From a virus, in the IMG/VR virus record IMGVR_UViG_3300045988_082369, positions 1 to 41,232 of that record: 41,232 bases of DNA; one strand, written 5' to 3'. Positions 17,920-26,647 of the stretch are shown here, in pieces; position 1 is the first letter of the stretch, and each line of letters opens with the position of its first letter. The translations under genes were made by a program, and so were the position numbers. The notes beneath the pieces are model-generated. The model did no database searches, was not told the origin of the DNA, and saw only the letters and a list, made by a program, of their open reading frames with translations.

Positions 17920-18335
17920 TCTTCGATACCTCTGAGACCTCGCTCAAAATCAAACAGGTCGAATCCAAGCCTTCCCACCCAATACATGTAACCCCTATCG
18001 TGAGAAATTGCTTTATCGTCTATATATAGGTCAGCATACACCTTGCGATTGTCGTTACCTGTTAGGGTCTTAGACTCAATGACATTCTCATTAACTGCGT
18101 TAAACTCTAGTCCGTAGGACTTGCAGAATTCAACTGCTTCTTGTGCAAGGTCATTATCACGACAAGTCCACAAGATAAGTTTAACCCCCATTTTACTGAG
18201 ATTTTTCAGAACCGCTATCATTTGAAGGTTAGGTTCTCCAATCTCAGGATAGTTGTCTTTAACAATTGTGCCGTCAAAATCCACAGCTACAATCTTAGGT
18301 AGACTTGAAAAGTCTGTTGTACGTTGCTCTTGCAT
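17910..18335 (-). CDS. HAD-superfamily phosphatase-like protein
   Basis: DxDGT motif (VAVDFDGTIV) and a distal DD (YIDDKA). Confidence 0.6.
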   Translation of the reverse strand: MQEQRTTDFSSLPKIVAVDFDGTIVKDNYPEIGEPNLQMIAVLKNLSKMGVKLILWTCRDNDLAQEAVEFCKSYGLEFNAVNENVIESKTLTGNDNRKVYADLYIDDKAISHDRGYMYWVGRLGFDLFDFERGLRGIEEWQ

Positions 18336-18714
18336 TGGCTTTTAACTCCCTTCCAATCTGCTCTGTAACCCATACACCTGCCCAACCGTGACTGTCAATA
18401 ATGGCATCCGTTGTCATGTACGGGTACACTTTTTTGTATCTATCAACAATTAAGTCTTTAATTAACTTGATATCTAAAGATGTTTCGAGTTGGATGCTTA
18501 CATTAAATTCTTGTAAAGCCCAACGCTCTATGACATCTTTCATGTCTCGTTTTCTCAATCCAAACAACTTGAGATATTCCCTCAAGACCCTTGAATTGAC
18601 GTAGCAAAAATGGTGTGCCTTTGGCTTATCTCCAGGAAACTTGGAAACGGTCACATATATCTTTGTTTTACACGTCATTTCAGAGAACTCAGGCACAGGT
18701 CTTATCGTACTCAT
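18295..18714 (-). CDS. Hypothetical protein
   Basis: 139-aa ORF. Its ATG overlaps the upstream stop (ATGA). Confidence 0.5.
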   Translation of the reverse strand: MSTIRPVPEFSEMTCKTKIYVTVSKFPGDKPKAHHFCYVNSRVLREYLKLFGLRKRDMKDVIERWALQEFNVSIQLETSLDIKLIKDLIVDRYKKVYPYMTTDAIIDSHGWAGVWVTEQIGRELKANARATYNRLFKST

Positions 18715-19415
18715 TTTGCCTCCGTGTCAGGGCGGTCTAGGAACTTGTCAAGGTCTCTTTGATATAAGTGTAAAGACCCTGCTATATGAGTGTAAGACCC
18801 TATACCAACACCCAATTCCATCGCCATGCGAATCTGAAAACACGTGAAGTTAAACACATCATATGGGAATCCGAACCAAACATCATTACTTCTCATATAA
18901 GTTGTTAAAAACAGCTTGCCCTCACGGATGAAGAACTGAAGACACACAGTGCAAGGTGTATCCTTAGTTTTGTAGTCCATCGGATTTTTAATATGAATTA
19001 CAGCCTGTCTACTGTTAGGGTCAGCCTTGAGAAGATTCTTCACATACTCCCATTGGTCAAACCCATAGAATTTATGTATCTTATGACCGTAATTAGAGTT
19101 GACAACTTCCCCGTCATCACTCATTCTATCCCAAGCCTTAGTGTAATTTTGAATACCTTTAAGGGTATTGTCAGCAGCTAGATACCACATCAACTCACCA
19201 ATCATGTACTTCTTGCTGAGCTTTCTCAAGTCAGATTCAACTATATTGTTTCTAGGGTCATCAATAATTGTGACCGCATTGATAATTTCAGCTGCTACGT
19301 TCCCGTCTCTTGAGGATTGAATATCTTGACCCGTGGACATGTCAAGCAGCATGTGAAACCATGATTCCCAAGCCTCAGTTGCATTATTAACAGTAACTTG
19401 TTTATTAATCAGCAC
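18711..19415 (-). CDS. ThyA-family pyrimidine dNMP hydroxymethylase/methylase (resembles T4 gp42)
   Basis: Aligns without gaps to the ThyA core: PCTVCLQFFIREGKLFLTTYMRSNDVWFGFPYDVFNF. Catalytic Cys155 is at 18951-53. Asp186 (18858-60) sits at the Asn177-equivalent position. Also NSNYG and DPNSRQ as in T4 gp42. GTG start with an AGAGGGGG SD. Confidence 0.8.
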   Translation of the reverse strand: MLINKQVTVNNATEAWESWFHMLLDMSTGQDIQSSRDGNVAAEIINAVTIIDDPRNNIVESDLRKLSKKYMIGELMWYLAADNTLKGIQNYTKAWDRMSDDGEVVNSNYGHKIHKFYGFDQWEYVKNLLKADPNSRQAVIHIKNPMDYKTKDTPCTVCLQFFIREGKLFLTTYMRSNDVWFGFPYDVFNFTCFQIRMAMELGVGIGSYTHIAGSLHLYQRDLDKFLDRPDTEAK

Positions 19416-20298
19416 ACCAGACCCCCTCTACAAAATTCACTTCAATGTTGTTAGTTTTGGCATATTGATACTCTGCCTTAGCCCCCTTGGAACTTTCCCA
19501 GCCAGGCAGCATATAGATAGAGTCGCAAGACTTCAGCAGGTGGAGACAAATAACCATGTAGTCCTCCCAGCCACAGATTTTAGGTAACTCTACATCGGCT
19601 GGATTAACAACAATCCAATCGGGGCACTCAAGTTTAATGCGATTCTCTATTTTTTTGAACCTCTCCTTGAAATCCGTTGTTCCTGTTATTTTCCCACTAA
19701 TATACACACGTTTAGGGGACTTAGGAACGGGGTTTGGTAAATCTTCCCTCTGAGATACTGCTTTTAGCAACATATTCGCCATCATATACGCCACATCTTC
19801 GTAAATCCAATGGCTGCGTTTCCAATCATTTGGGGGCAGTTTTATTGTTAAATCGTAAGAGCACTTGCCATCATTGACCCCCCAACGGTCTATTTCGTTA
19901 GGGTCAGCCTTGAGGTCTCTTTCAACAAGAATTGTGTATATCCAAGTGTTCTTCCCATCTTCGTACTTTTCCCTGAGGTCTTTAAACCTCTTAGGGTCTC
20001 TAACATGATAAAATGTGATATTGAGCCCGTCTCTAGGTCTTAAGATGCTGTCTTCCCAAGTTTTTAAAAGACCCTTAGTCTCCATCCAATCCACAATGTC
20101 TGCCAACAACTTGCGGGTTTCTTCATCTCGGGAATTATCCCAGCCCAGTGTTTTCAAGGCTTGTTTTGCAAGGTCTGACCTGTGGTAGTTGTGAACCTCT
20201 AAATTGAATGTTATTTCATACAAATGTTTAGTCACATGTTTTACAAGAGTATCTTTGCCAACGCCAGATTCTCCGTTGATTAAAAATATTAAATTCAT
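19405..20298 (-). CDS. Fusion of a T4 gp1-like dNMP kinase (aa 1 to about 165) and DUF4406, a nucleoside 2-deoxyribosyltransferase-like domain (aa about 197-297)
   Basis: N-terminus MNLIFLINGESGVGKDT (compare T4 Dnk MKLIFLSGVKRSGKDT). C-terminus VYISGKITG...NPA...W.DYM..CL.LL..CD.IYMLPGWE.S.GA..E matches the DUF4406 pattern. Confidence 0.7.
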   Translation of the reverse strand: MNLIFLINGESGVGKDTLVKHVTKHLYEITFNLEVHNYHRSDLAKQALKTLGWDNSRDEETRKLLADIVDWMETKGLLKTWEDSILRPRDGLNITFYHVRDPKRFKDLREKYEDGKNTWIYTILVERDLKADPNEIDRWGVNDGKCSYDLTIKLPPNDWKRSHWIYEDVAYMMANMLLKAVSQREDLPNPVPKSPKRVYISGKITGTTDFKERFKKIENRIKLECPDWIVVNPADVELPKICGWEDYMVICLHLLKSCDSIYMLPGWESSKGAKAEYQYAKTNNIEVNFVEGVWCAD

Positions 20299-21879
20299 TT
20301 AGCCCTCCTTGATTATCTCTAAGAACTTTTCAACACAGTCTTTTTTCTTCCAATTGCTATTATCAACAACTTGTACATTAAATCCTGCAGTTTTGAACTT
20401 CTCAATGCCACGTTCCATCGTTCGATATTTACCCTCAACTAGGCTTTCATTTATGGCTTTACCACCATTCCGCTTGTATATTCGCTTTATACAAGTTTTT
20501 AGCGGAGGCATAAAGTACAAAATTTTGGTTTTTAAGCCACGTTTTTCTTCCAACTCAGTAAATAGGTCAGCATATGTCCTAAAAATCGTACTTACCACTA
20601 TTCCTTCAAAGATTACGGTGTACTCTGGATAAGCCTTTAGTACATACTTTAGCGACTTGCGAACCGTTGCCCCGTCTTTCAGAGAATCTACACCACCACA
20701 TTTGTTCGAGTATTTACCTAAGGCAACTATTTTGTAATTTGGATATACCGTTGCAATTATTGTGTTCTTGCCGTTTACAGGCTTTTTAACCTCAAACACA
20801 TCAGGGTCTAGTTCTCTAAGCAATATCAATGGTGTGGATTTTCCAGCCCCGTTTGTACCTCTAATGTTTATAATTTGAGTGTGTGCGCTTTTAGCAGATT
20901 TAGCAGTCTCCGCTCCAGTCAGCCCTTGTTCAATAAACATTTTCTTTCTGCCTTTCCTTACACCTGCCCAATCATTGTGCTCACCTAAGAATCTTACATC
21001 AAACAACTTTTCTCTTATGTTAAAAACTTGTTCCCAATCCTTCTGATATTGAGGGAATACTTGTTGATAATTGATAAGTTGTTCTAATTCTCTATCGTGA
21101 TGATATCCTGCATATCTTGAGGATTTAAACAGATTCCTAAAGCTACACAATTTTCCTGCAAACATATTAATGTCGTTGGGTTGCTCTGGGTAAGTTGATG
21201 CTATAACTGTTTGAACCTCTTTTAGCATAGGCTCAAGAAGTTGTCTATGCTCTTCAGAGATTTTACCTGTCTTGTCAAAAATGTTTGCTTCCCCATCTAA
21301 ATACATGAGGTTAAGTAAAGCGGATGTCAGATTACTGCAAGAGTTCCAATCTAACTCTGAAGGCTCAATGAATTTTGTGCCTAAATAGTCATTAAGATAT
21401 AGGATACTCTCCATAAACAATTCTACAGAGAATCTTCCTGTATATCTCAACTTTAACAACCGTCTAAATACTTGATTATAACCCTTCTCATTTTGCTCAA
21501 AATGCTTAAGCCACTTCAAAGGCTTATTGTGGGTTACAGCTTTAAATTGTTGTATTAATTCAACAAACCAATCCATGTTTTTTGCGTATTTTCTTGAGCT
21601 GTTAAACTCCAGAAAAGTTTTGTTATTTTCCCAATAAAACTCCGTATCATCCAATACCTGTTCATGATTATGCCCAAGTATAATACAAGTCAGTTCGTTA
21701 TATGTACACGACATATACCAACACATCCATACAGCCTTATCTTTTGACACTTGGTTTATTTTAATGTATTCGCCTAAGACCCTGAAGTGCAAACTTGGGA
21801 CGGCATGTTGATACTCTACAAACTTCTTTAATCTCCAAGGGTGACCGTAGTCACCCTTGATATTATATAAATCAGCCAT
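20299..21879 (-). CDS. Fusion protein: N-terminal helical domain of about 330 aa (possibly aGPT-Pplase-like) plus a C-terminal P-loop kinase domain (candidate DNA 5-hydroxymethylpyrimidine kinase)
   Basis: Walker A GTNGAGKST at 20833-20859 (aa 341-349). The N-domain shares G.F....LF.[DE] and LLNL motifs with ORF 31034-32035. The ATG at 21879 overlaps the upstream stop (TAATG). Function is inferred. Confidence 0.5.
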   Translation of the reverse strand: MADLYNIKGDYGHPWRLKKFVEYQHAVPSLHFRVLGEYIKINQVSKDKAVWMCWYMSCTYNELTCIILGHNHEQVLDDTEFYWENNKTFLEFNSSRKYAKNMDWFVELIQQFKAVTHNKPLKWLKHFEQNEKGYNQVFRRLLKLRYTGRFSVELFMESILYLNDYLGTKFIEPSELDWNSCSNLTSALLNLMYLDGEANIFDKTGKISEEHRQLLEPMLKEVQTVIASTYPEQPNDINMFAGKLCSFRNLFKSSRYAGYHHDRELEQLINYQQVFPQYQKDWEQVFNIREKLFDVRFLGEHNDWAGVRKGRKKMFIEQGLTGAETAKSAKSAHTQIINIRGTNGAGKSTPLILLRELDPDVFEVKKPVNGKNTIIATVYPNYKIVALGKYSNKCGGVDSLKDGATVRKSLKYVLKAYPEYTVIFEGIVVSTIFRTYADLFTELEEKRGLKTKILYFMPPLKTCIKRIYKRNGGKAINESLVEGKYRTMERGIEKFKTAGFNVQVVDNSNWKKKDCVEKFLEIIKEG

Positions 21880-22514
21880 TATTCTTCGTCCCAATCGTCC
21901 CAATCATCGTCATCATCTTCATCCTCAGGTTCAGGCTCAGCCTTCTTTTTGGACTTAGTTGACTTTTTGGATTTAGGTTCAGACTTCTTGGATTTAGTTG
22001 ACTTCTTAGACTTCTTTGGCGGTTCTTCTTCTTCCTCCTCGTCATCATCTTCATCATCCTCGTCCTCAAGCTCATCTTCATCCTCATCATCTTCGTCATC
22101 GTCATCTTCATCAATGTCGTCCTCATCGCCTGTGATAGCAGCTCCAACCTTGCGGGTCTCAGCAACTCTTGCTCTGTCCTTACCCTCATACTCCTCGTAC
22201 TTAACAGTTAGCTCAAGGGTCTTGCCTTCCATCTTGTCAAGGTCAATCTGAACTCTGCCATCAGCCTTCATTCCAATAGCCTCAAGTAGACCCTTCAGTT
22301 TCCACAAAGCAGTGTCAATTAGAGGGTAGTTCTCAATAACCTTGCAGCCCTTAGAAGCACCAGCAATAACAACAAATGTTACCTTGAACATATCGTTACC
22401 GCCCTGTGATACGGTCTCCTCAATCTTCTCAATCTTAACCTTGTGAACTCCTTCAGCAGGCATGTTAAAGGTCTCAACTCCAGTAAAATCCAACTTCATC
22501 TTTCTCTTTGCCAT
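21879..22514 (-). CDS. DUF669-type putative ssDNA-binding protein with a long charged tail
   Basis: N-terminal DUF669-like core next to a Sak4-like gene. Tail of D/E runs, a KSKKSTKSKK duplication, and terminal DDDWDDWDEE. Confidence 0.65.
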   Translation of the reverse strand: MAKRKMKLDFTGVETFNMPAEGVHKVKIEKIEETVSQGGNDMFKVTFVVIAGASKGCKVIENYPLIDTALWKLKGLLEAIGMKADGRVQIDLDKMEGKTLELTVKYEEYEGKDRARVAETRKVGAAITGDEDDIDEDDDDEDDEDEDELEDEDDEDDDEEEEEEPPKKSKKSTKSKKSEPKSKKSTKSKKKAEPEPEDEDDDDDWDDWDEE

Positions 22515-22528
22515 TGTTTTGTCTCCTC

Positions 22529-23257
22529 TTAGTTTTCTTCAATGTGCATTAACTTCTGTAACTTATCAAATGTTGGGTTAAATATCCGTCTAGGAATCTT
22601 AGTTGACTTAGTTGACTGGAATTTTGTCCAGTAGTATGGGTTAGACCCTATATCAATTGCGTGCTTAGCAACTGTTTGGACTTCTCCATCTTTTTCAACC
22701 TCCTTTTCCACAACGATTGTGTGTAACCCATAATTGACCATTCCTTCAAGGTACGTTCTCGCACCCTTAGACACCGACACACGTACATCAGGTAGCAGCT
22801 CATCCTCAAGACCCTCGATAGAGTCGATTGCCTCGTGACCGCTGAAAATTACCCACTTTTTCTTGGACAGCTTGGACATCTGCCTGATGAGTTCTTCCGT
22901 CTCGGTCAGCAGGTCTCCCCATGCTTGCTGCGTCATTTTTTTGTTTTTTGATGTAATATTCTCAGTTTTCCACTCGTTGACTATGAGTGAAAATGTGTCG
23001 AAAAATACGCTCTTATATTTCTTGTCTTTGGATAATTCCTTGAACAACTCCTTGAAGTCCTTAGTCTCTTCAACTTCCAGCACGTCAATTCCCTTGACAT
23101 CTCGAATTGCAGTGACCCCGTCATCTCCTATCTTAACATATAGCATAGGCTTAGGGAATGTAGCCCCTAGAGTTGTTTTGCCTGAGCCTGATTTACCATA
23201 TAGGCAAACCAATCTCCCGTTATCTACAGTGCTGATGTCTTTGACTTTTTCTAACAA
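22529..23257 (-). CDS. AAA_24 / Sak4-like recombination ATPase
   Basis: Walker A YGKSGSGKTT near the N-terminus. 242 aa. TTG start with a GGAGGG SD. Confidence 0.8.
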   Translation of the reverse strand: MLEKVKDISTVDNGRLVCLYGKSGSGKTTLGATFPKPMLYVKIGDDGVTAIRDVKGIDVLEVEETKDFKELFKELSKDKKYKSVFFDTFSLIVNEWKTENITSKNKKMTQQAWGDLLTETEELIRQMSKLSKKKWVIFSGHEAIDSIEGLEDELLPDVRVSVSKGARTYLEGMVNYGLHTIVVEKEVEKDGEVQTVAKHAIDIGSNPYYWTKFQSTKSTKIPRRIFNPTFDKLQKLMHIEEN

Positions 23258-23266
23258 TTAGCCCTC

Positions 23267-24214
23267 CTATTCTCGATACTCAAAATCACGTTCCTTAATG
23301 TAATCTGCATTACCTCCCGTCAGCTCAGCGTAGCATATTTGTCTATAATCACACCAAGAGCAATTTTGACCAGTATGTTTAGCCTTGTTGTGGTCACCTT
23401 GTCTTAGTATGTCTTTAGCCACATATAGCCAACTTTGCCAAATATCTTCCACCATCTCAGGTATATACTCCTCAGGTAGCCTGAAGAAAAAATTGGGTAA
23501 ATTGCCTGAATAAAGGTCTTTTTTATTCAAAATGAACTTATCCTCAATCCCCCTCTTTTTACAAGCTCTCTCCCAAGAATAAGGTGTAATACTGGCATTC
23601 TTAGCCTCACTGAACCTCCCTGAACTTTCCAACCAAACAGGCTCAGAAGCAGCTGTGGACTTGATATAATCCCAAATTACCTCTTTAGGTAACTCACCCG
23701 TCAGATATTGAGTAGCCTTGGCATACAGACACTTTTGTGTGTTCATAACAATCGTCAGTAAATCAGGTTTCCTTCCGAATGTTTTGTGCTCACCAATGAC
23801 TACTCCTTTATCCGTTTCATAGACTTCATCAATTACCCCTGTAAATATAACAGGTTCACCCTTATATTTACATATCGGGATATCAAACACCTGCTCCGTT
23901 TTATCAGGTTTAAGCTCGGACTTGTAGATTTTCATGTAATCGCTGAATACTTCCTTGAGGGTCACAAGATAGTCATCCCCCAATTCTAGTTGAGAAGATG
24001 CTGGTAAATCATAGTAGTCTTCACGAATTTGATTGAATGCTTCTTTGACTGCTTGTTTACCAGCAATTCTCAATTCTAGCAACTTGTGAAAATCTGTGCC
24101 GAAACTCAACGGTCTTGACTTGGTTTTCTTCTTGAGCCTTTCAACGTATCTAAGATAGTGAGAATAAGGACACGACAGATAGCATTGCACTCTGCTGTGA
24201 CTTATTTTTTGCAC
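23267..24214 (-). CDS. PD-(D/E)xK exonuclease with a Cas4-like Fe-S cysteine cluster
   Basis: N-terminal YLSCPY, D..(E)HK core (VIDEVY...IGEHKT) and C-terminal CSWCDYRQIC. GTG start with a GAGGAG SD. Confidence 0.8.
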   Translation of the reverse strand: MQKISHSRVQCYLSCPYSHYLRYVERLKKKTKSRPLSFGTDFHKLLELRIAGKQAVKEAFNQIREDYYDLPASSQLELGDDYLVTLKEVFSDYMKIYKSELKPDKTEQVFDIPICKYKGEPVIFTGVIDEVYETDKGVVIGEHKTFGRKPDLLTIVMNTQKCLYAKATQYLTGELPKEVIWDYIKSTAASEPVWLESSGRFSEAKNASITPYSWERACKKRGIEDKFILNKKDLYSGNLPNFFFRLPEEYIPEMVEDIWQSWLYVAKDILRQGDHNKAKHTGQNCSWCDYRQICYAELTGGNADYIKERDFEYRE

Positions 24215-24219
24215 TTTTC

Positions 24220-24615
24220 TTACTCCTCGTCAAAATCCTCGAACTCGTCCTCATCGTCAAGTTCATCAAGCTCTTCCACAGGCTCAACCTTTTTTGCTTT
24301 TTTAGCCTTCTTAGCAGCCTTACCTTCCTCAGCCTTCTTAGACTTCTTTGCCTTCTTAGCCTTCTCTAAAGGGTTCACATAGCTGCCGTCATCCTTGATG
24401 ATGGAATTAGCAAATCTCTCCTTACCCTCTTCAATATTGAGCTGCTGACCCGTCTTGCGACTGAACACTCTCAGCTCTCCGTTAGACTTCTGAACTGTGA
24501 TGTTCTTGTCAGTTGCCTTAGCGATTGTGAATACGCCAAGTGGCATTCCAGTAAACGACTTCATGATGACCTTGTCACCCTTCTTTAGATTTTTAAGACT
24601 CATGGTCTCCTCCAT
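24220..24615 (-). CDS. Protein with a conserved FTGM-type domain, a Lys-rich linker and an acidic tip. First gene after promoter P1.
   Basis: Its domain is paralogous to that of 32983-33318. Tail KKAKKSKKAEEGKAAKKAKKAKK...DEFEDFDEE. Alternative ATG at 24603. Confidence 0.6.
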   Translation of the reverse strand: MEETMSLKNLKKGDKVIMKSFTGMPLGVFTIAKATDKNITVQKSNGELRVFSRKTGQQLNIEEGKERFANSIIKDDGSYVNPLEKAKKAKKSKKAEEGKAAKKAKKAKKVEPVEELDELDDEDEFEDFDEE

Positions 24616-24657
24616 TTCTGCCCTTCTAAGGGCGGTTCAAATTATTAACGTAGCCTT

Positions 24658-24686
24658 ATCATATACTAATAGCTATGTGAAGTAAA
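24658..24686 (-). promoter_or_regulatory. SigmaA-type promoter P1 (early promoter family)
   Basis: On the minus strand: GGGGTTTACT, 17 bp, TATGAT, with A/T tracts upstream (24687-24725). Confidence 0.6.
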
Positions 24687-24783
24687 CCCCTAAATTTAAA
24701 TTTTTTACAAGTAAATTTTCACATAACTTATCAATACCTTTAAATATCCACAAAAATCTTAGATTATTGCTGTAAAAATTAAA

Positions 24784-26511
24784 TTATTTACTACCCCAAG
24801 CACCAATGCCCACATCTGCTTCTAACGGCACATTTAAGTGTATATTAAACTCATTCAGCAATTTAGGGTTAGCCATTATCCTCTTAATCTCAGGGACAAT
24901 CCAATCTTCGTCCTCAGCATCAAATTCGCCTAGAATCGAGTCATGAACAGTTCCTACCACTTTAAGACCGTAAGGTTTAAGGGTCTCACTCACTTCAATC
25001 GCTGCGGACAACAGAATATCTGACCCTGTACCTTGGACAGGAGTGTTCACTGCCCTACGAGCTGCCTCGAGGTGTTCCCATCGCTTATCACTGTAAATTT
25101 TTGGCAATTTCCTAAATCTACCGAATAGAGTTGACACTCCTCCTAGAGTCTCACACAATCTCTCCTGTTCTTCATGCCATGGAAGTAGTCTTGAATACTT
25201 CAAGAAAAACGCATCTCGATAGTGTTCAGCCTCAGCCTTGCTGAAGGTCTGACCGTAGGAATCGTAGGCATATTCGACAAACTTGTTGGCACTCATTCCA
25301 TATAAAAATCCAAAGTTTACAGCCTTCGCCTTGTTTCGCTCGTCCTTAGTTGGAGTTCTTCCACCTGTCATAAGACTAGCGGTCATAGTGTGAATATCTC
25401 CACCCTCGTTGTAGATTTTTAACATGGTTTGGTCGTTCGCATAGTGAGCAGCAATCCTCAACTCCAGCTGTGAATAGTCAGCCTCAAAGAACAGTCTACC
25501 CTTAGGTGCAGTAAATAATGACCTGACCTGCTTATTTCTTGGCACTTGCTGTAAGTTAGGGTCAGAACAGCTTGTCCTTCCCGATACCACGTTAGTCAAG
25601 TTGAAGTTAGGGTGAATTCTCCCATCGTAGCTTGAATCGTCATCCCAGCGATTCATGAACATCTTGTTAAGTGTGTTAACTTCATTGTATGCGAGAATAA
25701 GCCTTGGAAGTTCGTAACCCTTATTAGCCAGTTTTTTCATTACACTCGCATCTGCGGAGGGTGCACCTTTAGCAGTAGTTTTCAGCACAGGCAGGTTCTC
25801 ACCCTCCTCTGTAAATAAGATTTTCTGTTTCTGCTGAGGACTATTCCAATTAATCTTGTATTTGCTGTTGAGATTCCTGAGAGCTTCAGCCTCCCTATTG
25901 GTCAATTCCACTTTAACATCCCAGTATGCTTCTTGGTCAAAATAGATTCCTGTTCGTTCCACAACTCTGTACATGTTATAGGCTTTTATCAACAGCTTAG
26001 AGTACAGGCGGTATTGAGTTTCATCCAGCCGTTTCTTGAAGAATTTAAACAATCCCCATGTATATTTCAAGTCTAACTTGAGATATGGTATGACCTTCTT
26101 AGCATCTGTTGAAGTCTTATCCTTCTTGGCTATATCCCAGTCATCTACACCTAGATAGGTTTTTGCCATGGATTTAAGCCCGTGAGGGGCAGCTAAATCG
26201 TAGGCTGTGCCCATCAGCATAGTGTCATGGTGTATAGGTAGCTTAATTCCTGTCTTAATTTCAATAAATAGGGTGTCGAACTTACCATTCTGATATATTA
26301 GTTGGGTCTTATCTTTTCTCAGCTTAAAACACAATTTTTTGAACATTTCGTGGTGCTCTTCATTTTCCCACTCAAATATATAGTCCTTGCTGAATTTTTC
26401 ACCTTCTTTAGTTCCAAGACACTTAACCCCTATAAATGTAATATCGTCAGTAAATCTGTTAAGACCTGTGGTTTCTATGTCTATTGTGGCGTATTTAATC
26501 TTCACGGTCAT
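24784..26511 (-). CDS. Family A DNA polymerase with a 3'-5' exonuclease domain
   Basis: Exo I DIETTGL, motif A DYSQLELRIAAH, motif B RNKAKAVNFGFLYGMS, motif C VHDSIL. Exact start is uncertain (GTG 26514, ATG 26511 or GTG 26505). Confidence 0.95.
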   Translation of the reverse strand: MTVKIKYATIDIETTGLNRFTDDITFIGVKCLGTKEGEKFSKDYIFEWENEEHHEMFKKLCFKLRKDKTQLIYQNGKFDTLFIEIKTGIKLPIHHDTMLMGTAYDLAAPHGLKSMAKTYLGVDDWDIAKKDKTSTDAKKVIPYLKLDLKYTWGLFKFFKKRLDETQYRLYSKLLIKAYNMYRVVERTGIYFDQEAYWDVKVELTNREAEALRNLNSKYKINWNSPQQKQKILFTEEGENLPVLKTTAKGAPSADASVMKKLANKGYELPRLILAYNEVNTLNKMFMNRWDDDSSYDGRIHPNFNLTNVVSGRTSCSDPNLQQVPRNKQVRSLFTAPKGRLFFEADYSQLELRIAAHYANDQTMLKIYNEGGDIHTMTASLMTGGRTPTKDERNKAKAVNFGFLYGMSANKFVEYAYDSYGQTFSKAEAEHYRDAFFLKYSRLLPWHEEQERLCETLGGVSTLFGRFRKLPKIYSDKRWEHLEAARRAVNTPVQGTGSDILLSAAIEVSETLKPYGLKVVGTVHDSILGEFDAEDEDWIVPEIKRIMANPKLLNEFNIHLNVPLEADVGIGAWGSK

Positions 26512-26647
26512 CACCTTCCGAATTTTTTGAGCAAGACCCTTCAGATAGGTTAATTGCTGCTCTACTGAATATTTGAGCTAGTTTCTGAGTTATCGTCAAG
26601 TTAGATTTAAGCTCTTCAGCAGTAGCCTCAAAGTAAAATATTTTCAT
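26495..26647 (-). CDS. 50-aa hypothetical protein
   Basis: AAGGAGG SD. The ATG overlaps the upstream stop (ATGA). Confidence 0.4.
   Translation of the reverse strand: MKIFYFEATAEELKSNLTITQKLAQIFSRAAINLSEGSCSKNSEGDDRED

Noticed and set aside
21949-22251. Plus-strand poly-Ser ORF (100 aa), and the minus-strand alternate-frame ORF 21872-22189
   Set aside because: These are frame shadows of the GAT/GAA/AAG low-complexity tail of the DUF669 gene. They have no SD and lie entirely within a better-supported gene.
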